Shown: piece after piece, positions 16,830 through 25,810 of the stretch
Layout of the letters: each line of letters starts with the position of its first letter
How positions within the stretch are numbered: position 1 is the stretch's first letter
Assembly: GCA_005779525.1 (NCBI GenBank)
Contig: SXIZ01000163.1
Span: forward strand, 1 to 42,033
Direction: 5' to 3'
Source of the DNA: Methylococcaceae bacterium
GTDB lineage: Bacteria > Pseudomonadota > Gammaproteobacteria > Methylococcales > Methylomonadaceae
Length of the DNA: 42,033 nucleotides
The notes under the pieces: model-generated
The model's input: only the letters and a program-made list of their open reading frames with translations
Database searches by the model: none
Told to the model about the DNA's origin: nothing
Program-made: the position numbers and the translations under genes

Positions 16830-18512
16830 ATGACCGATTCATTAGCTTTACCTCATGCCAGAATTCTCGTTGCTGACGATAGTCGCTTACAACGTGAAAT
16901 GCTGGCGAGCTTGTTAGGTGATATCGGCTACCAAATTATCTTGGCAGAAGATGGTTTTGCAGCATTAGAGCTATTCAAAGCGCACCAACCTGATTTAGTG
17001 TTACTGGATATTATGATGCCTAAGTTGGACGGCATCCAAGTGGCTAGAGAAATTGCTGCACTTTTGAAAAATGATTATGTCCCGATTGTGTTCATTACCA
17101 GTATGGATACCGAAGACTTACTCAATAAATGCGTTGCTGCGGGGGGTGATGACTTTATTAACAAGCCTTATAACAGTGTTCTGCTCAGTGCCAAAATCAA
17201 TTCCTTATTACGCGTTAAAAGGCTGTATGAAGAACTGCGCAGTCAAAAACATGAGTTGCTAAAGTATCAGGAACTATACGAACAAGAACAACAAGTCGCA
17301 GCAAGTTTATATAAAAATATTTTACACGCGGATTTTGTTGAAACTTCCATCTTACGCTATTCACTGTCCCCAATGGCCTTATTTAATGGGGATATTCTAT
17401 TAACGTCCAAGGCTCCAGGAAATCGCTTTTATGTGTTGTTAGGGGATTTTACGGGGCATGGATTATCCGCGTCCATCGGCGCTGAGCCAACGGCACAAAT
17501 ATTCTATGGGATGGCGCGTAAAGGCTTCGCTGGCGAAGAAATTATTAAAGAAATCAATCGCAAATTACATAAGCTTTTACCGGTAAATATGTTTCTGGCG
17601 ACCACCTTGGTGACTTTACGCGCCGATTCCAGTTTTATGGAAATCATTACCTGTGGTTTACCCGCACATTATCTGTTACATAAACCGACGCGCAAAATCC
17701 GCAGTATTGAATCTAAGAACTTTCCCTTAGGCATCATGGCGACTTATGAGCCTAAAGTGGAATATTTTGAAATTGATCACCATGATTATCTGTATTTGTT
17801 CACAGACGGTGTGATTGAGGCCCAAAATATCGCAGGGCAGCAATTTGATATTTCTGGGGTCATGGCGTGTCTGGAAAATGAAGTCGAGTCACCGTATGAC
17901 AGTATCTTACATAATCTTGCCGTGCATACTCAGGGTTTGGAGCAGCAAGATGATGTCACTTTTGTGGAATTGCATTGTGATTTGAAAAATGCAATTTGGC
18001 AATCAGTCGGTAAGCCACTGGCGGTACAAAAATGTCCTGCATTAACCTGGAGTAGTAAGTTAAGCTTCAGTGTCGAAACTTTGCAACAAGTTAACCCGGT
18101 TCCTGTGATGTTGAATATGCTGATGGATATTCAGGCATTACAGAGTTTCCAGGAAGCGATTTTTTGTATCGTAAATGAATTATTTATCAATGCCTTGGAT
18201 TATGGGCTATTGGCGATGGATGGCAAATTAAAACTGACTTCCGAAGGTTTAATTAAATTTCATGCGATTAAAGAACAACGCTTACAAGAAGTCAAAACTG
18301 GGTCTATAGTGGTAGATTTTCAGCATCAACCTACCGAGGTGGGCGGGCGTTTACAAATTAGCTTAAAAGATTCCGGCGCAGGATTTGATTTTGCAGCGGA
18401 ATTGAAACCAAATCGTGGCATTTATCGGGTACATACCCTGTGCTCTAAATTGGAATATGGCAATGGTGGGCGTGAAGTTTTAGCTGTTTTTGATTGGAGC
18501 TATCAAGAATAA
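16830..18512 (+). CDS. three-domain response regulator: receiver + PP2C/SpoIIE phosphatase + RsbW-like GHKL kinase/anti-sigma domain (CrsR/HsbR-like)
   Basis: 560 aa. Receiver (ILVADDS, DLVLLDIMMPKLDG, KP). PP2C motifs (GDFTGHGLSAS, YLYLFTDGVIEA, QQDDVTFVEL). C-terminal N-box-like ELFINALDYG and G1-like LKDSGAGFD. Confidence 0.85.
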   Translation: MTDSLALPHARILVADDSRLQREMLASLLGDIGYQIILAEDGFAALELFKAHQPDLVLLDIMMPKLDGIQVAREIAALLKNDYVPIVFITSMDTEDLLNKCVAAGGDDFINKPYNSVLLSAKINSLLRVKRLYEELRSQKHELLKYQELYEQEQQVAASLYKNILHADFVETSILRYSLSPMALFNGDILLTSKAPGNRFYVLLGDFTGHGLSASIGAEPTAQIFYGMARKGFAGEEIIKEINRKLHKLLPVNMFLATTLVTLRADSSFMEIITCGLPAHYLLHKPTRKIRSIESKNFPLGIMATYEPKVEYFEIDHHDYLYLFTDGVIEAQNIAGQQFDISGVMACLENEVESPYDSILHNLAVHTQGLEQQDDVTFVELHCDLKNAIWQSVGKPLAVQKCPALTWSSKLSFSVETLQQVNPVPVMLNMLMDIQALQSFQEAIFCIVNELFINALDYGLLAMDGKLKLTSEGLIKFHAIKEQRLQEVKTGSIVVDFQHQPTEVGGRLQISLKDSGAGFDFAAELKPNRGIYRVHTLCSKLEYGNGGREVLAVFDWSYQE

Positions 18513-18574
18513 GACGGCAATCACTTGGGTGAGGCAATTCTAGGATTCATGGTAAAAAGTAGGGGCGGTAACGC

Positions 18575-19189
18575 ATGAGAAAAAATCAAACAAATTCGCA
18601 GTTCGTGGCTGTGGCTTCAATTGCAGCGGAACTCAGTGCCGTTATGGATGTGGCTAAGGAAATATCTCTGGCGGCGGCAAACGCAAAAGCGATTGCCTTT
18701 CGGGCGGGGGAGAAAGCTAAAGGTTTTCAACCTATCACAGATTTTATTAATGAGTTGGCCAAGGACACCATTGAATTAGTTAATGAAATTAATCAACACG
18801 CCATGCAATTATATCAATTGACTGTGGATGAATATCGCATGACAGAAGCGCATAACAAATTTGAATTAGCCGCAAAATATGCCAAAGGTGCGCAGTATGA
18901 GCAGTCATTAAATGCGCCGCGGCTAAAAGCACAGCAAAACATGCAGGATTGTTTGCGTCAATTTAATGCCCATATTGCACAATTACTCGATCAACTGGGT
19001 GAAGTGATGCACCCTGCCCGTGCTGCACGAGTGATCGCTGCGAACTCACGTATTGAGGCTTCGCAAGCTGGAGAATACTTACAAAGTTTACAGGCAGTAG
19101 CCGAGAGCGTCGATAACGCGGCGCAAGTTATTCACGATAACGTGCAGCGGTGCCGCAGCGCTTTATCATTTATTACGATCACAGAATAG
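18575..19189 (+). CDS. soluble protein with two degenerate MCP receptor-tip motifs
   Basis: 204 aa with a good RBS. No TM segment or HAMP domain. Residues ~31-63 (SLAAANAKAIAFRAGEKAKGFQPITDFINELA) and ~150-184 (ARVIAANSRIEASQAGEYLQSLQAVAESVDNAA) both align with the tips of the two MCPs in this operon. Confidence 0.7.
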   Translation: MRKNQTNSQFVAVASIAAELSAVMDVAKEISLAAANAKAIAFRAGEKAKGFQPITDFINELAKDTIELVNEINQHAMQLYQLTVDEYRMTEAHNKFELAAKYAKGAQYEQSLNAPRLKAQQNMQDCLRQFNAHIAQLLDQLGEVMHPARAARVIAANSRIEASQAGEYLQSLQAVAESVDNAAQVIHDNVQRCRSALSFITITE

Positions 19190-19217
19190 TGACAGATCAG
19201 CTAGGGTAGGGTTACGC

Positions 19218-19946
19218 ATGAAAATGACAAAAATTTACGAAGGATCGTATCAGTGGATTATGTATGGGCGTGATGAAAATAAACCCAACAATATTATTGA
19301 TACCAATCAATATATTGTAAGAACTGCGAATCGTTGTTTGTTGATTGATCCAGGTGGAATAGAATTATTTGCTCCGATGCTGGCAGCGGTATTACACCAT
19401 GCACCTGTCGAGCAAATCACTGATTTATTTGCGTCGCATCAAGATCCAGATATTATTTCTTCCTTGGGATTATGGGATCAGGCTTTGCCCAATGCTAAAC
19501 TTCACGCCCCTGCAATTTGGGAAGGTTTTTTGCGCCATTTCGGCTGTGATAGCATTGAATATGTCGCTATTCCAGATAATGGTGGGGTAATTCGATTAGA
19601 AAATGTAGAATTAAAAATTATTCCTGCGCATTATTTGCACTCTTCAGGGAATTTTCATATTTATGATCCCAATGCCAAAATCTTGTTTTCCGGAGATGTG
19701 GGTGCTGCCTTGGAAACACCGGGTGCGCCAATGTATGTCGATAATTTTGATGCTCACGTAGAAAAAATGCGTTACTTTCACCAACGTTGGATGCCATCGA
19801 ATCAAGCAAAACGCAATTGGATAGAACGTGTCCGAGAACTGGATATTGACGTGCTCGCACCACAACATGGTCGTGTCTTTAAAGGTGATGATGTTCGCCG
19901 CTTCCTGGATTGGTTTGAAGGATTACAAGTGGGGACCGCTGTTTAA
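19218..19946 (+). CDS. metallo-beta-lactamase-fold protein, ODP (oxygen-binding di-iron protein)/flavodiiron-core-like
   Basis: 242 aa. MBL-type ligand pattern LLIDPGG...SHQDPD (H74, D76, D78)...PAHYLHS (H138/H141)...FSGD (D160)...PQHG (H217). No flavodoxin domain. Last gene of the che operon. Confidence 0.65.
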   Translation: MKMTKIYEGSYQWIMYGRDENKPNNIIDTNQYIVRTANRCLLIDPGGIELFAPMLAAVLHHAPVEQITDLFASHQDPDIISSLGLWDQALPNAKLHAPAIWEGFLRHFGCDSIEYVAIPDNGGVIRLENVELKIIPAHYLHSSGNFHIYDPNAKILFSGDVGAALETPGAPMYVDNFDAHVEKMRYFHQRWMPSNQAKRNWIERVRELDIDVLAPQHGRVFKGDDVRRFLDWFEGLQVGTAV

Positions 19947-19989
19947 TGCCCAGACTGAGAATTAATTAGCCTGCAATGCCTGAGCGTAA

Positions 19990-20019
19990 TTGACAAACCC
20001 CCTTTAAAACCGTTATCTT
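19990..20019 (+). promoter_or_regulatory. candidate sigma70 promoter for thiD (TTGACA-N18-TATCTT)
   Basis: A perfect -35 TTGACA lies at 19990-19995 and a weak -10 TATCTT at 20014-20019. The -10 overlaps the terminator stem. Pattern match only. Confidence 0.3.
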
Positions 20020-20040
20020 TCCTGATAACGGTTTTTTTAT
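20006..20040 (+). terminator. Rho-independent terminator closing the chemosensory operon
   Basis: AAAACCGTTATC (20006-20017), loop TTTCCT, GATAACGGTTTT (20024-20035), running into a T-rich tract (TTTTTTTATTTT). Confidence 0.85.
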
Positions 20041-20054
20041 TTTAGGTAAGACAT

Positions 20055-20846
20055 ATGAGTTCAATTCGGCCCGTAGTTCTATGTTTTTCCGGGCATGATC
20101 CCTGTGGCGGTGCGGGTTTGCAAGCAGATATTGAGGTACTTATTTCGCATCGTTGTCACGCTGCGACGGTGGTGACCGCGTTGACTGAACAGGATACGCA
20201 TAATATCCGTAAAGTTATTCCTCAAACTGCTGCCGAGTTCAAAGCACAAGCGCTTACAATTCTGAGTGATTTACCTGTGAAAGTCATCAAAATAGGTTTG
20301 CTTGGAAGTTATGACATTATTCTAGCGGTGCAAAAAATTCTGCAAGCGTATCCGAATATCCCGGTGGTGTTTGATCCGATTCTAGCTGCAGGTGGTGGAA
20401 TGCATTTGGCAGATGACGATTTACGGCAAGCAATGATAGAACGAATATTACCGCATACGTTTATTTGTACTCCAAACTCGCACGAGGCAAGGCAACTTAC
20501 CCAGTTGGATGATTTAAAAGCGTGTGGACGTGCGTTATTAGAGATGGGCTGTAAAAATGTACTGCTAACTGGGGCGCATGAAGATACCCGAGCGGTACGT
20601 AATCAACTTTTTCGCCCCGAGGAGACGGTAGAAACCTTTACCTGGGAACGCTTAGGTCATCAGTATCATGGTTCTGGTTGTACCTTGGCATCCAGTATAG
20701 CGGCTTTATTGGCACATGATCTGGATTGCTTCGTCGCTGTCAGTGAAGCGCAAGAATATACCTGGAATGCCCTCAGTAAGGCCTATCCTACGGGAACGGG
20801 CCAATACAATCCCAATCGATTTTTTTGGGTGGATGATGAAAATTAA
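20055..20846 (+). CDS. thiD: hydroxymethylpyrimidine/phosphomethylpyrimidine kinase
   Basis: 263 aa. ThiD/PfkB-family pattern (VLCFSGHDPCGGAGLQADI, VKIGLLGS, VVFDPIL, HGSGCTLASSIAALLA). Confidence 0.88.
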   Translation: MSSIRPVVLCFSGHDPCGGAGLQADIEVLISHRCHAATVVTALTEQDTHNIRKVIPQTAAEFKAQALTILSDLPVKVIKIGLLGSYDIILAVQKILQAYPNIPVVFDPILAAGGGMHLADDDLRQAMIERILPHTFICTPNSHEARQLTQLDDLKACGRALLEMGCKNVLLTGAHEDTRAVRNQLFRPEETVETFTWERLGHQYHGSGCTLASSIAALLAHDLDCFVAVSEAQEYTWNALSKAYPTGTGQYNPNRFFWVDDEN

Positions 20847-21183
20847 TGTTCTGGGGGTAGCCATTTTAGCGCTGGGATTAACTGCCTGCATTGCCAATAT
20901 TGCTGATCCACAAACCTTAGCCCTGGGTAAACAGATTGCCTTCGAGCGTTCTAAAGGCAATTGCTTGGCATGTCATCAAATTGCCGATGGTGAACAGCCA
21001 GGTAATTTGGGACAACCTTTGATTGGCATCGCAAGTAAATACCAGGATAAACAGCAATTGCGCCACCTAATTTGGGATGCGACCCAACACAATCCTGAAA
21101 CGACCATGCCACCCTTTGGACGCAATAAAATACTTACTGAAGCGGACTTAGACAGTGTGGTCGAGTATTTGTGGAGTTTATAG
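20833..21183 (+). CDS. monohaem c-type cytochrome lipoprotein, SoxX-like
   Basis: The internal ATG at 20833 gives MMKINVLGVAILALGLTAC (lipobox LTAC). Haem motif CLACH. The sequence PGNLGQPL...NPETTMPPFGRNKILTEADLDSVVEYL resembles SoxX as remembered. Overlaps the thiD end by 14 nt. Confidence 0.7.
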   Translation: MMKINVLGVAILALGLTACIANIADPQTLALGKQIAFERSKGNCLACHQIADGEQPGNLGQPLIGIASKYQDKQQLRHLIWDATQHNPETTMPPFGRNKILTEADLDSVVEYLWSL

Positions 21184-21187
21184 TGCC

Positions 21188-24100
21188 TTAGGCATTCATT
21201 TCGGGCAATATCTCATTTAAAACCAGCAAAGCCTTATCATATTCAAAGACATCAACATAGTGTCGAAATTCTGCAAAACGGTTGCCTAATTTGAGCTTGA
21301 GCGACGCCTCAATAGGGCGTACAAAGAAATTGCTCCGTGCATTGTTCTCTTCTAACAGTTGTTTCAATTCCAGCAAGGTAGGCAAATCCAAGATTGTTTC
21401 GGCATCTTCCGGGGCTTGATCTGGCTGAGGGATATTTTCTAATGCTTGCATAAACTTCGTTAACTCCTGCTGACATTGCTCGGTCAGTGCTAGGCATTCA
21501 GCATGCATCTCATTTTGCGTTAACAACTGATCTAATTGCGCACTAAATTCTGCAATCCGAAAAATGCCTAAAGTCGCTGCCGCCCCTTTTAAACCATGTG
21601 CAATCCGTTTGGCCTCTTGCAACTGACCTTGGTGAATCAAGTCTGTAATCTTAGGCATGTCTTGCGCATGCGTATCCACAAACATATGCAGTAACTTTAA
21701 GTATTTCGTACTATCCCCTCGGACTAGGTTCATGGCGATTGTGGTTTCTAGGCCCGGGATTCTAGCAAATTGATTGCTAAGAGCTAACGACGGTGGCGTG
21801 ACACTAAATAATGGCGTCTTGACTGGATTGGGTAACGCCTGACTAGCACTGTGTTGTTGTGGTCGAGGTAACCAGCGTAGTAGGGCGATATACAATGCTT
21901 CGGGAATAACCGGTTTAGCGACAAAATCATTCATTCCGGCATCTAAGCATGCGCGACGGTCTTCTTCAAAGGCATTGGCAGTCATGGCTAAGATGGGTAA
22001 AGTGTCGCGGTCCACGAATTCCCGAATTGCGCTCGTGGCCTCCAGACCATCCATTTCAGGCATTTGCATATCCATCAGCACTAAATCAAAGGTTTGCGCA
22101 CGGACTTTTTCTAGCGCAACACGGCCATTTTCTGCAACAGTGACGTTCAAACCGACACCATTCAGCAGGTCTAATGCAACTTCACGATTAACTGGGTTAT
22201 CTTCAGCGAGCAATAAATGTCGATCTTTATAGTAGCGTTTAATCATGGACTCGGCATCGATGGATAAGGCTTGGGTGTGATTGCTAACACGCTGGCCTGT
22301 CTGTAGCAACGCGGTAAACCAAAAAGTACTTCCAATGCCTAAGGTACTTTCTGCACCCGCACTTCCTCCCATGAGCAAGGCTAAGCGCCGGGTGATGGCT
22401 AAGCCTAAACCAGTACCGCCATATTTGCGGGTTGTGGAGGCATCGGCTTGGGCAAACGCCTCAAATAGGAGTGGTAATTTTTCAGGCGCAATGCCAATGC
22501 CGGAATCTTGCACTTCGAAGCGAACGAATATGCCATCTTGAGATTGATTAAGGACGCGGGCTCGTAGCGAAATACTGCCATGCTCAGTAAATTTTATGGC
22601 ATTACTCACATAGTTAATGACCGATTGCCGTATGCGGGTAGGGTCACCTCGTAGCCAGGCGGGCAGATCGTGGCAATCAATTTTAAGTGCTATACCTTTG
22701 GCTCGCGCTTGATCGCTGAAAATAGAGGTAATTTGATTTAATAATGCTGAAGGGGAAAAATCTGTGGTTTCCAGCTCTAAGCGGTTAGCCTCAATTTTGG
22801 ATAAATCCAGAATGTCGTTAATAATCGACAATAAATGTTGTGCCGCGGTATCGATTTTATCTAAGCGTTCAGACTGATGCGGCGTAATACTGCCCTGCCG
22901 CAGCAGATAAGTTAAACCGATAATCGCATTCATCGGTGTGCGTATTTCATGGCTCATATTAGCCAAAAAAGTACTTTTGGCACGGGTGGCCGCTTCTGCT
23001 GCTTCTGCGCGGCGTGCTAGTTCCGCTTCCATTTCGCGTTGCGGATTAATGTCGCGCGCAAAACCGACTGTCCCCAACACGGTGTTATCGGCATCGATAA
23101 TCGGCGCTTTGAAAATCTCATACAACGAACCTTGGAGGTTTAACATCGGTTCCTGCACGGTTCTCGGTTCCCGCGAACGCATGACTTGGTTATCTTCTTT
23201 AAGGTAGTGTTCTGCTAATTTTCTAGGTAAAAAATCAAAATCGGTTTTACCTAATAAGGCCTGACTGTCTAAATTATAGAGTGTGGCGAGCGGGCGATTT
23301 GCGGCAATAAAACGCCCTAAATGATCTTTTAACCACGCCATATGTGGCAGGTTATCGATCAGGGCTTGTAAAGAATGGCTTTGTTGATGTAATTCATTGG
23401 TCCGAGTTTCGACTAACTCTTCCAAATGCATACGGTAGCGGTCTAATTCTTCGCCCATGAGCATTTTCTCAGTAATATCCTCTTGTACTGAAACGAAGTG
23501 CGTAATTTGACCATTGGGCTGCCGCAAAGGGGAAATAATCGCAAATTCCGTGTATTCACTGCCATCTTTACGGCGATTGATAAATTTACCTTTCCACGTT
23601 TCGCCTTTGCGTAGGGTTTCCCAAAGTTCGACATAGGTGTCTGTTAACGTTTTACCGGATTTGCGGATGCGTGGGTTTTGTCCGAAAACTTCCTCAAGGT
23701 CATAGCCGCTATTTTTCAAATAGGCGGCATTCACATATTCGATCTTACCGTCTAAATCGGTAATGATGATACTTTCCGGACTTTGTTCGACGGCCTGCGC
23801 TAACTTACGTAGACGCACTTCGGCAATTTTAAGTTCGGAAATATTGCGTATAAATACGCTGGATAAGGTCTCACCATTTTGTAATTTGAAAATTTGCGAG
23901 GAGATTTCTGCTGGGAAGCTGATGCCGTTTTTATCGATAAGATTGAGTTCACCGCGAAAACGCCCTTCTTTTGCACGTTTTTGCAATGCGATCGCTAAAC
24001 GTGGATCCTGGTTATCCACAATATCCAGCCAAGTCAGCTGTTTTAATTCGGCCTCTGTCCGACCTAAAATGCGTTGTGCCTCATTGTTAGCGCTAATAAT

Positions 24101-25810
24101 TTGACCATTAGGATTTTTTAATAATACGCCATCCATGCTATTTTCGAAAATACTGCGGTAATGAATCTCGCTCTGACGCAAGGCATTTTCTGCTTGTTTA
24201 AGTTCGGTAATATCACGAGAAATTCCAAATATTCCAATGATTTCTTGCTGGCTATTGAATAAAGGCCCTTTGGTGGTATGAAAAATTCTGGGGCCTAAAA
24301 AGGTCTCCAAATTTTCCTCTTGTGTCCGTTGACGCTGCTCCTCAATGATTATGCGACCCGTTGCCATGATGCGTTCGGCTTGCGCAGGAGGAAAAATAAA
24401 TGCATCTGTCTGACCTATGACCGCTGCTATAGGTTTACCTACGACATTACTGGCGGCGCGGTTAAATAAAATATATTTTCCCTCCAGATCTTTAGCGAAG
24501 ATGGCGTCATCCGAGCTATCAACAATAGCTGCTAACAAACTCATGGCTTGTAAGCGTTCCTTTTGGGAATCATGAATAGCTTGCGCCATGCACAGTTCCT
24601 GATGTTGCTGAATTAGATAGTAGCTCGCGGTATTGATAAATAAGGCCAGTAAACCGACTAAGGCAATCCAAGCCGTATTTTTGATTAATTCGCTATAAAT
24701 AGAGGATTGCTCGCGGGAGGTCAGTAACAGCCAGTCGGTGTCTGGAATGGCTTGCAAAACGCCAATGATCAGGATGCCCCGATAATCTCTGTCCTCAATA
24801 ATTGCGCGTGTAGGTTTAGCTTGCACATGAGGCGCTAACAGTGTGGCTAGATTAACTTGTGCGTCTGCGGTCTGCAATTTTGGGCTAAAAATGTGTAGCT
24901 GTTCGCCTGAACGAGAAACTAATACTGTCGTTCCAGAGGTTACAGGTTCGTTGGGACTCAGTAAAGTGGGATAGATCCAATCCGCAAGCTCAATATGCAT
25001 GAGCATGACCGGAGGCGATGCTGGCAGAGTATTTAATGGGGTGATAATGTCAAAGCCCGCTTTACCTTGATTGTCGTAATATGGCCCAAGCTTTAATATT
25101 TGCCGTTCGGCGCTTGCTGTTTGCACGGCCTGTAATTGCTCGGGGGATAACGAGGTAGGCTTAGCGTCGCTTTGCCACAGTAATTTTCCCGAGGCGGTGC
25201 TTAATGCAAAACTATTAAAACGCAGGGTATGTTTTAATTGCAGCAAACGCTGCTGAAATTGTTCACCCGAAGCAGGGTCGCCATCACGTTGCCATTGCAA
25301 AAATTGCAGTGTTAGATGTTGATTGTCGCGTATAAATTCGGCACCCGCTTGGTGTTCCTTTTGCCAATCCGTAATTTGCCGCGTTTTTAATTCGGAAATC
25401 GCTAACAAGCTATCTGTAGCTTCTTGCTTTTCGTGGATATAAGAGCGAGAAATACCTAAGCCCATGAAAACTAGAATCGCGAGCCAAATGCTGATGAATA
25501 TTCGGTTTGCACGTTTCGACGGTGAATGTTCCACAGGTAATTTCGTTTCTGCAACCTTAAAGAAACGCATCAAATAGTAAAGAATGAACGACGTTACCGC
25601 GACAAATACCCAGCCTTTGAGCATGCTGACCAGCGTAATTTGTTCAGGATCATGCAAAAAACTGGCAACTAATTGATCAGAAAATAAAATCCATGCCGAC
25701 GCAAACATGGCATAAATCAGCACGATTCCCAGAATGCTACCTTGGCTGCCTGTCCGTGTCGAGGTGGGTGAGTTTGATGGAGAGGAGCGTGAAGGTGAGT
25801 GATCAGTCAT
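21188..25810 (-). CDS. hybrid sensor histidine kinase (TM/periplasmic sensor, 4 PAS, HisKA, HATPase, receiver, HPt)
   Basis: 1540 aa. TM segments flank a ~250-aa periplasmic Cache/PDC-like region, followed by four PAS/PAC modules. H-box [11 protein letters not shown]; HATPase (DSGIGI, GGTGLGL); receiver [14 protein letters not shown]; HPt [11 protein letters not shown]. Its ATG overlaps the upstream gene's stop by 8 nt. Confidence 0.93.
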   Translation of the reverse strand: MTDHSPSRSSPSNSPTSTRTGSQGSILGIVLIYAMFASAWILFSDQLVASFLHDPEQITLVSMLKGWVFVAVTSFILYYLMRFFKVAETKLPVEHSPSKRANRIFISIWLAILVFMGLGISRSYIHEKQEATDSLLAISELKTRQITDWQKEHQAGAEFIRDNQHLTLQFLQWQRDGDPASGEQFQQRLLQLKHTLRFNSFALSTASGKLLWQSDAKPTSLSPEQLQAVQTASAERQILKLGPYYDNQGKAGFDIITPLNTLPASPPVMLMHIELADWIYPTLLSPNEPVTSGTTVLVSRSGEQLHIFSPKLQTADAQVNLATLLAPHVQAKPTRAIIEDRDYRGILIIGVLQAIPDTDWLLLTSREQSSIYSELIKNTAWIALVGLLALFINTASYYLIQQHQELCMAQAIHDSQKERLQAMSLLAAIVDSSDDAIFAKDLEGKYILFNRAASNVVGKPIAAVIGQTDAFIFPPAQAERIMATGRIIIEEQRQRTQEENLETFLGPRIFHTTKGPLFNSQQEIIGIFGISRDITELKQAENALRQSEIHYRSIFENSMDGVLLKNPNGQIISANNEAQRILGRTEAELKQLTWLDIVDNQDPRLAIALQKRAKEGRFRGELNLIDKNGISFPAEISSQIFKLQNGETLSSVFIRNISELKIAEVRLRKLAQAVEQSPESIIITDLDGKIEYVNAAYLKNSGYDLEEVFGQNPRIRKSGKTLTDTYVELWETLRKGETWKGKFINRRKDGSEYTEFAIISPLRQPNGQITHFVSVQEDITEKMLMGEELDRYRMHLEELVETRTNELHQQSHSLQALIDNLPHMAWLKDHLGRFIAANRPLATLYNLDSQALLGKTDFDFLPRKLAEHYLKEDNQVMRSREPRTVQEPMLNLQGSLYEIFKAPIIDADNTVLGTVGFARDINPQREMEAELARRAEAAEAATRAKSTFLANMSHEIRTPMNAIIGLTYLLRQGSITPHQSERLDKIDTAAQHLLSIINDILDLSKIEANRLELETTDFSPSALLNQITSIFSDQARAKGIALKIDCHDLPAWLRGDPTRIRQSVINYVSNAIKFTEHGSISLRARVLNQSQDGIFVRFEVQDSGIGIAPEKLPLLFEAFAQADASTTRKYGGTGLGLAITRRLALLMGGSAGAESTLGIGSTFWFTALLQTGQRVSNHTQALSIDAESMIKRYYKDRHLLLAEDNPVNREVALDLLNGVGLNVTVAENGRVALEKVRAQTFDLVLMDMQMPEMDGLEATSAIREFVDRDTLPILAMTANAFEEDRRACLDAGMNDFVAKPVIPEALYIALLRWLPRPQQHSASQALPNPVKTPLFSVTPPSLALSNQFARIPGLETTIAMNLVRGDSTKYLKLLHMFVDTHAQDMPKITDLIHQGQLQEAKRIAHGLKGAAATLGIFRIAEFSAQLDQLLTQNEMHAECLALTEQCQQELTKFMQALENIPQPDQAPEDAETILDLPTLLELKQLLEENNARSNFFVRPIEASLKLKLGNRFAEFRHYVDVFEYDKALLVLNEILPEMNA

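Noticed and set aside
19947-20054. Possible TPP (THI-box) riboswitch upstream of thiD, suggested by CTGAGA at 19955-19960 and a terminator just before the gene
   Set aside because: The other conserved THI-box segments are not present in recognisable form. These are the GGGGUGC-type P2 strand pairing to ACCC, and CCUGAUCUGGAUAAUGCCAGCG. The hairpin is better explained as the terminator of the upstream operon. An Infernal scan with RF00059 would settle it.
21181-21190. Only 4 nt separate the convergent stops of the cytochrome gene and the 1540-aa kinase gene, with a tiny palindrome TGCCTTAGGCA
   Set aside because: A 4-bp stem is too short to be a terminator. I note it only as unusually tight convergent packing.
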